Shown here one piece after another: positions 25,964 to 36,617 of a stretch of 64,000 bases of DNA. The stretch comes from Vermamoeba vermiformis (taxonomy: Eukaryota), in the NCBI GenBank assembly GCA_045837725.1, contig JBEWZL010000156.1:1-64000 (forward strand). Direction: 5' to 3'. Numbering within the stretch: position 1 is the stretch's first letter; each line of letters opens with the position of its first letter. The position numbers were made by a program, and so were the translations under genes. The notes under the pieces were generated by a model. The model searched no databases. It saw nothing but the letters and a program-made list of their open reading frames with translations, and was not told the DNA's origin.

Positions 25964-28102
25964 TTTTGAAGCCGAATCTGGCATCTGGAAATCGCCAAAG
26001 ACTTTCGCTCACGTGGTATGCAGTTAAATATGATAACATAAATGCAGGTCTAACATTGTTCAGGATTCGGACGCAAAGAAGGAGTTGAGAATTCTCAAGA
26101 ACGAAATTTCCAACCAACCTCCCCCTCGAAGACCAAAAAGGTCGTTTGAACGAGGGTGTTTGAACCAGTTCACTTAATTTCAATCTTTTCTCGAGAAATC
26201 ACATGGAAACCACCCCCTGAGGTCACTTACCATATTTAGAACCATGTCTGCGATAAATACAAACTTCGCTCGCTCGATTCATTCATCAAAATCAAAGCAG
26301 TTGATAAAGCAACAAATTAACTCAAAACAAAACAAAAAGGTTATATCAATCTTATTTTAACCAAAGAACCCACTTTGATCGTTATTATTATCAATTGAAA
26401 AATGTCCGATAAGAAGACCAAGCCGCACGTCAGCTTAGTTGTCATTGGTCACGTCGACTCTGGCAAATCTACCACCACTGGTCACTTGATCTACGAATGT
26501 GGTGGTCTCAACGAGCGTATCTTGCGTAAGTATAAAACAATACAATCTGATCCGATCCGTCAAATATCTAACGAATTGAACCCTGCAGAACAAATCGAAG
26601 AAGAGGCTCGTCGCTTGAACAAGTTGTCATTCAAGTTCGCGTTCATCATGGACAAGTACAAGTCTGAACGTGAGCGCGGTGTGACGATCGATGCCAAGTG
26701 CTGGAAGTTCGACTCGAACAAGTACACTTTCACCATCATTGACGCCCCTGGTCACCGCGACTTCATCAAGAACATGATCACTGGTACTTCACAAGCCGAT
26801 GTCGCCATGTTGGTCGTGTCTTCTGCCAAGGGAGAGTTCGAGGCAGGTATCTCCGAGCAAGGCCAGACCCGTGAGCACGCATTGTTGGCGTACACTTTGG
26901 GCATCAGACAAATGCTCGTGTTGATCAACAAGATGGACTCGACCACCACCAACTACAGCCAAGAGCGCTACGAAGAGGTCAAGCGCGAAATCTCCGCTTA
27001 CTTGAGCAAGGTTGGGTAAGTTTTTTTGATTGACATTTTGATGACACGTGAAAAATATTTGATGACACGTGTCAAATTGTTGTCGTTGGTGTCAAGTTAC
27101 TGACATGTTCTATGTTTAGATACAAGCCCGAGATGATCACTTTCGTGCCAGTGAGTGGCTGGACTGGTGACAACTTGCTCAAGAAGTCCGACAAGTTGCC
27201 CTGGTACAAGGGTCCCACGCTCTTGGAGGCACTCGATGCCTTGAAGGAGCCCAAGCGTCCCAACGACCGTCCATTGCGTATTCCAGTGCAAGACGTGTAC
27301 AAGATTGGTGGTATCGGCACAGTGCCCGTCGGACGCGTCGAGACAGGTGTGCTCAAGATCAACGACCAGATCTTGGTGGCACCTGGCAACTTGACCAGCG
27401 AAGTCAAGTCCATTGAAATGCACCACCAATCAGTCACTGAGGCCACTCCTGGTGACAACATTGGCTTCAATGTGCGTGGTCTTTCAGTGAAAGATTTGCG
27501 TCGTGGAGCAGTCGTTGGTCACCTCAAGAACGAGCCTCCCGCTCAAGCCGTCGACTTTGTGGCTCAAGTCAGTAAGTGTCACGAACAAACACATCTTCAA
27601 TACGCACTTGTTTCAGTGAACTAATGATTCATAATCTTTGCAGTCATCATGAACCACCCTGGTGAGATCCGCGAAGGTTACGCCCCCGTGCTCGACTGCC
27701 ACACCAGTCACGTGGCCTGCAAGTTCTCAGAGTTGTTGGCCAAGTTCGACAAGCGCACTGGCAAAGAGATCGAGTCTGCCCCCAACGTCAAAGTGCTCAA
27801 GAAGGGTGACTCGGCCTTGGTCCGCTTGGAGCCCACGAAGCCAATGGTCGTTGAAGCGTTCACTGAATTCGCTCCTTTGGGTCGATTCGCAGTGCGTGAC
27901 ATGAAGCAAACAGTGGCTGTCGGTGTGATCAAATCCGTGAACAAGAAGTCCAACACTGTCGAGAAGAAGAAGTGAGAGCTCATTCGCTTGTTCTGCTCCT
28001 CTCTTGTGTGCGGAGATGGAGACGTCATTAGTATTATGATTGATCACACAGCTTGTAAATAGTGCCAAATAAAACAAACAAATCGTTTCCATCAAAGCCG
28101 TT
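25964..28102 (+). repeat. Left arm of a 2.1-kb inverted duplication (promoter, EF-1alpha-like gene and 3' UTR)
   Basis: Near-identical to the reverse complement of 34441-36555, including about 430 bp upstream and about 125 bp downstream of the CDS. Confidence 0.95.
26402..27975 (+). CDS. EEF1A: Divergent elongation factor 1-alpha, copy 1
   Basis: [66 protein letters not shown]. Introns 26526-26588, 27016-27119 and about 27572-27642. Confidence 0.95.
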
Positions 28103-28196
28103 GTGCGTGACCATTCAACTGATCTATGGCAATAATATTGTCCTCTGTATTAAAAATGGAGAAGCTGTTCATAATTAATCGGCCGTCGGTTGGCTG

Positions 28197-28293
28197 ATTT
28201 TTGGGTTTTTTTTAAATAAGTAAAATTTTATTTTTATATTTTTTTTTATTCCCCTTTATAAAAAAAAACCCCCCCCCCCCCCCCCCCCCGGGG
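28197..28293. other. Homopolymer tract (poly-T, poly-A, about 21-nt poly-C); possible assembly junction
   Basis: Consecutive homopolymer runs unlike the flanking sequence. Confidence 0.55.
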
Positions 28294-28309
28294 TTCAACT
28301 CCCGCAAGA

Positions 28310-28862
28310 AAGATTATAGTTTAATCTGAAACAAAGTTACAACTAATGAAATACAAGCACATAGAGCTCCGATTTCAACGTCAGTTTTTCATATTGGTCG
28401 ATTCTACTGACGTATCAGACTTTGGGGTCTCATTCTCTGACATGCACAAGTTTCTTGAGGCCTGCAGGTGAATTTTTTTTTCACTGGTCACATCTAACGA
28501 ATTACTATTTATTTTACATTGCGCCAAAAATAGTAACGATATTAACAAAAAATTCCATTAATTTCATTAGTTTAGACGGCGATCAGAACTAAGAAACTAT
28601 CCAAAAATTAGATCTAATTCATTAATATTGTTAGTGACCTCCACTTACCATTATATTGCGCAGATATTCTAACAGATGGCCTTCATATCGATATTAAATA
28701 CGTTGGCTGAGCGAAATGCAGTACTTGGGCTGCGCATCTGGGGGCGACAAAAAGAAAGCAACTTGTCTAAGCGTCCGCAGTTTGCCCGAAAATATAAGAA
28801 AGAAATATTAGGAGAACGTACACGTATTACCAGCGACCCGAAATAGCTCCATTGGTATTTTT
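28310..28862 (+). pseudogene. Degenerate direct-repeat paralog of the 25198-25950 F-box-like gene (3' part)
   Basis: About 28776-28862 is nearly identical to about 25879-25965 (cgcagtttgcccgaaaa..ggagaacgtacacgtatta..aaatagctc). The upstream part has a stop codon, frameshifts and a deletion. Confidence 0.8.
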
Positions 28863-29297
28863 ACGAATTAAGAACGGTTCGTGTAAGTACACTAATACCT
28901 ACGATAGACTATAGTGAGCTTATTAATGAATATTTGTGTATGATCTTGCGTTATTTGGGATATTCAACGCGATCCGTTGCGAAAAATCGGTTCAATTTTG
29001 AAATCTAGTTGCAATTTTACCGGATCTGAGTTACTACGCAATCCTTAGTCATCATCTTTACGCAAGTAACGCTCACCATTGCATTTTAGGTCGTTCAAGT
29101 GCGAAAACGCGAGATCTACAACTGCCGTAGAATCTATGGCCATGTGATTCAGATCCGCCAGGGCTCTATGGTCTAATCTCAGGAAAAGAAAAACTATAAA
29201 TTGGCAAATCAGTCGGTCATTATATTCATCAATTGCTCAAGAAGCAACACAAATCAACGCTCTAGAAGAAAAATCCTTCGTCACATCCAAATCCAAC

Positions 29298-29907
29298 ATG
29301 TCTTTCAACATGAATATGAACGTCCCGGGCATGTCCGTTGGTATGAATATGCCTAATCAACCTCAATATGGCCAACCCGGCATGAATGTCAACATGGGAA
29401 TGCCTGGCATGTCCGTTAATATGGGCGTGCCTCAGCCTTACGGATACCCTCAACAACCCGGCATGAACATGCAGATGGGCATGCCTGGCATGTCTGTTAA
29501 TATGGGTGTCCCTCAGACTCACGTCGTCGTTCAAGAGCATCATCATGTCGTGCACCAGCCAGTTCAAACTACCGTTGTTACAACGCAATCCGTCGGATCT
29601 GTAACTTGTCCTGTATGCACTGGAAAGGGTGGTTTGGGTAAGTCATAACTAGTACTATACTATTGTACCGACTAGAAGCTCATATTTAATTTGTTTAGGC
29701 ACTTTTGGTCCGTGCAACAAGGGCGACATGCATTTCAAGAGAACTTGCCCGTTCTGCGATGGCATGGGTACTGCGCGCGCAGGATCACGTGCTTGTCATA
29801 TGTGCCAAGGCAAGGGTGGATTAGGAACGTTTGGTCCTTGCGATTTTAAGGACATCCACTTCAAATCTACTTGCAACGTTTGTAATGGCAAGTGCCACAT
29901 CTACTAA
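29298..29907 (+). CDS. Met/Gly/Pro/Asn-rich repeat protein with four CxxCxGxG-type zinc-binding motifs (no J domain)
   Basis: Repeated MNxNMGMPGMSV. After the intron at 29638-29698 the protein carries CPVCTGKG, CPFCDGMG, CHMCQGKG and CNVCNGK, with a duplicated GLGTFGPC..D.HFK.TC unit. Confidence 0.85.
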
Positions 29908-30122
29908 GCCTGATGTAGATATGTAATGTTTATATTATACGGATTAAAACCTTTTTGAAACCAAAATTCATGTATGATCTTTAACGACCTTGCGTTAAAG
30001 ATCGCTAAACCTCGATTTAGCAACCACAGAACTAATTACAATTGTTACCGAGTGATCACAGGTCATAATAATAACCCTCCCTATTTGTAAATACACAATA
30101 ATACAACGCTGAGTACAAGAAG

Positions 30123-31786
30123 ATGGATTACGGTAAGCAAAATATTTTAGTTAGTCGCTGAAATAGTTCGCATAAATTCTAATATAATATATTAATGATA
30201 TTAATACCAATTTAGGCTCTGTTGGCATTTTTCCGTTCGATCTAATGAACAAGATCTTTTTGCAAACTTCAATCCAAGCCGCAGTATCCATCTACCTGTC
30301 TTGCAAATACTGGAGGGATAAATACGAGCATATTATTAATCACGACACTATAGTTTTGCAAATTACAACGGGTTATTACGAAGCAAGTACTACCGCTTGG
30401 CACACGTTTAAAAATGGATGCGGTAGGTAAGCTTATTTGCCCTTAATATTAATATTAATCATATAATAGTATCATTCTACTGCGGAAAAAACAGGAACAA
30501 GACCACCACTCAAACTAGCCGAGGATTTTTTTCGTCAGTCCAAGATCTCGTCAATTTTTTGAACAAATTCCAAAAAATAATCACAGACTCGGTGCAAGAG
30601 GACGGAAAATCGGAAATTCAGAGGGTTTTACTTCGCACAACCTCCTCAAATGGCATTTCACGATATTTTGGCCGCGCCAATGATTTGTACTCCCGTCTCC
30701 CGACTTGCAAGGGAGTGCAGGAACTGAGCCAGCAAGCAATGGAGGAATTACGCAAATTAATGAATGAGATTAAATATGAATATGTTGCTAGCAAAGTAAT
30801 GGATGAAGACTTTAGAAGTTTGATGTCAAACTTTTTTATCCGGATCAACGTCAGACATCGAAGATTGTCCAGCGATATGGATGACGATGATATTATTGTT
30901 AAGCTTAATAGACAAGGCGATTGCAATCTAAAAATTGGGCAACACGAAAGTTGGATTCGAACTTCACCGATGGTTTATCAAGAGATCGTAGAAATAGCCA
31001 AAAAAAGCCAATTCAAGACAAGCATAGCGTGGAATGTGCGAAATTATCGTGATCATCGTATGGCCGAATCATTTGAACTGGCCCTAAAGGACAATAACGA
31101 ATGTAAGTCAAACAATTTTAATTTTTTCCTTTTTTGGAAATTCCGGTACAAAACACGACAACGAACTCGCTCTCACCTATTTTGCTATAACAGGGTATTA
31201 TATTCAAGAATACAAGATCAAAAAAAGAGACGGCTCAATTCGTGTTGAAAATAACGGCTGCGAAACAGCCACGATTATACAAGTCCTCAAAGCTCTCGAA
31301 AGGATCATTCAACATAAATCATTGCATATAAATCCGTTCTTAAAGGAGACTATTATATTGCCACCACCTGATTCATTCGCGTAAGTTAAGAGAAATAACC
31401 CGGATTCGGATGCAGAGTTAATTGAAATTTATTCCAGGTATCCGTTGGCGCGATTCCAGCATTACTGTATTCCTATGTACGGATTTCCTATTGTATTAGA
31501 GTTCAGAATGGGTATCCGTAAAGGCGCTTTGTCTAGAAAGAGAAAATATGTGGATGTGAGTCACTTCTTCCGCTATAGTGAAAAAGCGCTGCCAATCGAA
31601 GAAATTACAGAGCTGCTATTATTTATCGAACAAAATATGGATTATCGCAAGTTGCCTACCTCCACCAGACACTCGACAATGATTATTCACATGACCACGG
31701 AATACGATTTTGATAATTTTAAAGTACATCAAAAAGCAGTTGACAAAGTAGTCGCTTTTGTAAAGAAATATAAAGCTGCATTTTGA
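30123..31786 (+). CDS. F-box-like protein with unknown C-terminal region (about 450 aa)
   Basis: FPFDLMNKIFLQTSIQAAVSIYLSCKYW; five inferred exons separated by GT-AG introns. Confidence 0.6.
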
Positions 31787-31882
31787 AATAAAAAAGTCCA
31801 TCGGATCGGATCTGGTCGACGTTAAATCGATACGGCTCGCCGGGTACGTGGATACTACAGTCTTGTCAACTATTATACTTAC

Positions 31883-32453
31883 ATGTCAGAGGAGAGTGTG
31901 GAGATTTGTGTGATGAACAGCGTTACCGCCCTCAATCAGCATCAACTCTGTCTTGAAGTCGTGAGGGGAATTTCATTTGAACCACCTTCAACAGGGCTTT
32001 GAATAGTCCACTGGTTCGTAGCGGCATCATGATCAGTGCCGAGGGGAATTTCATTTGAACCACCTTCAACAGGGCTTTTGAATAGTCCACTGGTTCGTAG
32101 CGGCATCATGATCAGTGCCGAGGGACACCTGTTCGTTTTTACGACAACCTCATCGGAGACTTGTTTGCCGCGGACTCGCCTGGTGGAGAACATCGAAGTG
32201 TCAGCAAGAGTGCTGTGTCCATTGGCACCGCATGAAGTGCCCTTGTACTGGCACGGTAGGACGAAGAGCAGCTCTCGCGATGAGTGGTCAGAGCGGTGGT
32301 TCGCTTGCTGTGCACGCCAAGGGCACTGTCACATTGTAGCACTGGCATGGTTCGCAGCGCTCGAAGTTACCGTATGTCAATGCCGTTGACACGTGTCAAA
32401 TCTAACTTATGCGCTAGATCTTGCCATGGTTCCCGCGCCTGCAGATCCATTAA
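31883..32453 (+). pseudogene. Disrupted gene with a degenerate SWIM-like zinc finger
   Basis: The frame from ATG 31883 is broken by a tandem duplication. The downstream frame has FACCARQGHCHIVALAW; intron at 32372-32417. Confidence 0.45.
31963..32119 (+). repeat. 78/79-bp tandem duplication
   Basis: 31963-32040 and 32041-32119 are identical except for one extra T in copy 2. Confidence 0.95.
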
Positions 32454-32615
32454 ATATTCAACATTAACTAACACTTTTACTTGTAGGATGATCGATGAGT
32501 GCCTTGGCCTTATAATGCGTTGCACGTTCTTGGTGACGGTTTTCAATGAATTTGAAAAAAAGTTGAATCAGTAAAGAATTGGATTTTATTCTTCAAAACA
32601 TTTCCACCAAGTCTT

Positions 32616-33043
32616 CTACTGTAGATAAAGGGTCTTAATACCCGACAAAAATTGTCTATCATCGAATTTTAGCGATGCAGAAATGAATTCTTGCGGGGGC
32701 AATTGTTGAGTGCATCTACACCAAAAATGGGTTAAACATCAATAAGAAGATAAGGTTAATCTTACTTCGTGCAGATCATTATATCCATGTTCAGCTTATT
32801 GCCGTCAATTTTGCCTACATCCACTTGGACCAATTGTTTTTGCTCCGCTTCTCGAATGCTAGTAGAATTTAGATTGAGCCCTTTAATAGGACTCTTACCG
32901 CCTATGACATCCACTGAGAGGGTCAAGCGCTTCTCTTTGAAAGAATAAGAGCTTGATTCTTGGTGGACATGGAGATCCTCGATCTTCAACTGACGTTCGA
33001 AGTTACCGATTTTCATCCAAGTGTGTTCGCACATGGTGCTCAT
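32616..33043 (-). CDS. Orphan zinc-clasp beta-hairpin protein A (125 aa)
   Basis: MSTMCEHTW ... MICTK|CTQ with intron 32716-32765; splicing completes the CxxC. Confidence 0.7.
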
Positions 33044-33202
33044 TGCTTGCGGTCTACTTGAATAATTGTTCGCAAGCAAAATTCAATATTGGACCGTTTT
33101 TTTTCTATTCTTTTCGCAACTTTCTGCGACGTTTTCCAAAAGAATTAACCCCAGCAGTAAAATGCCAATTTTCAGTCAGTATCATATATAGTTATCAAGA
33201 GA

Positions 33203-33517
33203 ATGTTGAAAAAGTTCGGTAAAGCGTTCACCAAGGCCGCGCACCAAGTTACTGGCCACGAGCATCGAAAGAATAAACGAAGAGCGAGACAGGTCCAAGT
33301 CATTCGCCAGCAAAATGAGCAGGTGCAAGTGTTTACCGTAACACTTCAAACCGAAGAAGAGGTTCCCGATGTTGTCAATCCTCAAGAGCTCCGCGAATGC
33401 CCGGCTGATCAACATTGTTGGAAACCGATCGAATCTGCCGTCACAATCGAGTCTAATGGTACTCAAATAACCGTGACAGGCAATATATGTATACATTGTT
33501 TACGAATGAAAGAATAA
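33203..33517 (+). CDS. Orphan zinc-clasp beta-hairpin protein B (104 aa)
   Basis: Single ORF containing CPADQHCW ... ICIHC, with AATAAA at the stop. Confidence 0.65.
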   Translation: MLKKFGKAFTKAAHQVTGHEHRKNKRRARQVQVIRQQNEQVQVFTVTLQTEEEVPDVVNPQELRECPADQHCWKPIESAVTIESNGTQITVTGNICIHCLRMKE

Positions 33518-33573
33518 ACTTCGTATTGATTTAAATAGAGAAATTTAAATTTGTTCATTTGAATTCTTTAACG

Positions 33574-34380
33574 ATGTCGTGCACCACAACCACAGGAGCT
33601 CATAAATATGAAGTAAAAGGCTACAGACATACGAAAATATCGTATTCATCTCAAATAACAACCAAAGAATTAATAACAATAGAAGAATGGCGTTCTAGTT
33701 CCAGATGGTTCGGATTGCAAAAGGTCAGAGAATACTCTCGCTGGACTCGCAATACAACTGTTAGTTACAGCGTTGAAAAAGATGCATCATCTACCATCGC
33801 CATAATTGAGTGTAGTGCTTGCAAGCATCAATTAGAAGTAAGATCCGTTTTTATTCTTTTTCCTTGATCTTACGTTGACTTCACTAGTTCGATTCCACTC
33901 ACGTTAAAGAATTCTACAACTGTCTAATCAGCAATCCTGATATCGCACAAATGATTACTTCGGATACTCCTGTCACGAATACAACCCTCAGTAACAGATC
34001 CACATCTGGTTGTCTAGCCACGCGTTGTCAAAGACACGTATTTGATGTGAATACTGCTAGCACTATAGATATGCGCTACGTCGAAGCGAATGTCACACAA
34101 GCTCTAAAGATGGATTCAAACGATAACTACGCATTGGTATGTGAAAAATTATCTCGCTACTAATTAGTAATTATCGTTCTTAATTTCGAGGAATAATATT
34201 TAGGTGTGGCTGAATGCCCCAACAACTAAAGTGACGCAAGACGTTAAAGCCTCGGTAAAGTTGTTCCGATGTACAGTTTGCGGCCTCTATTCAACACCAT
34301 GCCTGTCAAAAAAACAGCTCGAAGAACTCACGCTGATGATTCCTGGTGGAGATTCGTTGCTCAAAAGAATTACAATGTAA
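33574..34380 (+). CDS. Orphan tandem zinc-clasp beta-hairpin protein C (229 aa)
   Basis: Exons 33574-33837, 33888-34136 and 34204-34380, all phase 0. CTTTTGAHKY...ECSAC and CQRHVF...RCTVC; AATAAA near 34421. Confidence 0.75.
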
Positions 34381-34440
34381 TTTAAGTTTCACGATCAGGA
34401 AAGCGTAAATTTTTAACTGCAATAAAATACTTACGATGGA

Positions 34441-36555
34441 AACGGCTTTGATGGAAACGATTTGTTTGTTTTATTTGGCACTATTTACAAGCTGTGTGAT
34501 CAATCATAATACTAATGACGTCTCCATCTCCGCACACAAGAGAGGAGCAGAACAAGCGACAAAATGAGCTCTCACTTCTTCTTCTCGACAGTGTTGGACT
34601 TCTTGTTCACGGATTTGATCACACCGACAGCCACTGTTTGTTTCATGTCACGCACTGCGAATCGACCCAAAGGAGCGAATTCAGTGAACGCTTCGACGAC
34701 CATTGGCTTCGTGGGCTCCAAGCGGACCAAGGCCGAGTCACCCTTCTTGAGCACTTTGACGTTGGGTGCAGACTCGATCTCTTTGCCAGTGCGCTTGTCG
34801 AACTTGGCCAACAGCTCTGAGAACTTGCAGGCCACGTGACTGGTGTGGCAGTCAAGCACGGGGGCGTAACCTTCACGGATCTCACCAGGGTGGTTCATGA
34901 TGACTGCAAAGATGATGGGTCGTTAGTTCACTGAAACAAGTATGTATTGAAGATGTGTTTGTTCGTGACACTTACTGACTTGAGCCACAAAGTCAACAGC
35001 TTGAGCGGGAGGCTCGTGCTTGAGGTGACCAACGACTGCTCCACGACGCAAATCCTTCACTGAAAGACCACGCACATTGAAGCCAATGTTGTCACCAGGA
35101 GTGGCCTCAGTGACTGATTGGTGGTGCATTTCAATGGATTTGACTTCGCTGGTCAAGTTGCCAGGTGCCACCAAGATCTGGTCGTTGATCTTGAGCACAC
35201 CTGTCTCGACTCGTCCGACGGGCACTGTGCCGATACCACCAATCTTGTACACGTCTTGCACTGGAATGCGCAATGGACGGTCGTTGGGACGCTTGGGCTC
35301 CTTCAAGGCATCAAGGGCCTCCAAGAGCGTGGGACCCTTGTACCAGGGCAACTTGTCGGACTTCTTGAGCAAGTTGTCACCGGTCCAGCCACTCACTGGC
35401 ACGAAGGTGATCATCTCGGGCTTGTATCTAAATATAGAACATGTCAGTAACTTGACACCAATGACAACAATCTGACACGTGTCATCAAAATGTCAACCAA
35501 AAAACTTACCCAACTTTGCTCAAGTAAGCGGAGATCTCACGCTTGACCTCTTCGTAGCGCTCTTGGCTGTAGTTGGTGGTGGTCGAGTCCATCTTGTTGA
35601 TCAACACGAGCATTTGTCTGATGCCCAAAGTGTACGCCAACAGTGCGTGCTCGCGAGTCTGGCCTTGCTCGGAGATACCTGCCTCGAACTCTCCCTTGGC
35701 AGACGACACGACCAACATGGCGACATCGGCTTGCGAAGTACCAGTGATCATGTTCTTGATGAAGTCGCGGTGACCGGGGGCGTCAATGATGGTGAAAGTG
35801 TACTTGTTTGAGTCGAACTTCCAGCACTTGGCATCGATCGTCACACCGCGCTCACGTTCAGACTTGTACTTGTCCATGATGAACGCGAACTTGAATGACA
35901 ATTTGTTCAAGCGACGAGCCTCTTCTTCGATTTGTTCTGCAGGATTCAATCGTTAGACATTTGACAGAGCGGATCTGATTGTATTATTTTAACTCACGCA
36001 AGATACGCTCGTTGAGACCACCACATTCGTAGATCAAGTGACCAGTGGTGGTGGATTTTCCAGAGTCGACGTGACCAATGACAACTAAGCTGACGTGCGG
36101 CTTGGTCTTCTTATCGGACATTTTTCAATTCAAATTGGTTTTGTGAGTTGCTCTTTGGTTAAAATAAGATTGATATAACCTTTTTGTTTGTTTTTGAGTT
36201 GATTTGTTGCTTTATCAACTGCTTTGATTTTGATGAATGGATCAAGCGAGCGAAGTTCGTATTTATCGCAGACATGGTTCTAAATATGGCAAGTGACCTC
36301 AGGGGGTGGTTTCCATGTGATTTCTCGAGAAAAGATTGAAATTAAGTGAACTGGTTCAAACACCCTCGTTCAAACTCCTTTTTGGTCTTGGAGGGGGAGG
36401 TTGGTTGGAAATTTCGTTCTTGAGAATTCTCAACTCCTTGTTTGCGTCCGAATCCTGAACTATGTTAGACCTGCATTTATGTTATAATATTTAATTGCAT
36501 ACCACGTGAGCGAAAGTCTTTGACGATTTTCGGATGCCCAGATTCGGATTCAAAA
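34441..36555 (-). repeat. Right arm of the 2.1-kb inverted duplication
   Basis: Reverse complement of 25964-28102 with scattered substitutions and small intronic indels. Confidence 0.95.
34572..36121 (-). CDS. EEF1A: Divergent elongation factor 1-alpha, copy 2
   Basis: Same protein as copy 1 except the visible LKNEP/LKHEP change; same three intron positions. Confidence 0.95.
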
Positions 36556-36617
36556 CTTCTTGTCGAACACAGATAATCATTGTAAATGATGACATATGGT
36601 CATATATTCGTCCCCGT

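Noticed and set aside
26402-27975. Calling the gene EFL, HBS1 or eRF3
   Set aside because: No N-terminal extension or EFL-type insertions are visible; domains II/III match EF-1alpha closely.
28286-28306. GGTTCAACTCCCG resembling a tRNA T-arm/B-box
   Set aside because: No D-arm, anticodon arm or acceptor stem can be built; the upstream sequence is homopolymer.
25964-36555. Composite transposon or Maverick/virophage bounded by terminal inverted repeats
   Set aside because: The arms are an intron-containing host gene with its promoter; no transposase, integrase, polymerase or capsid gene and no target-site duplication was seen.
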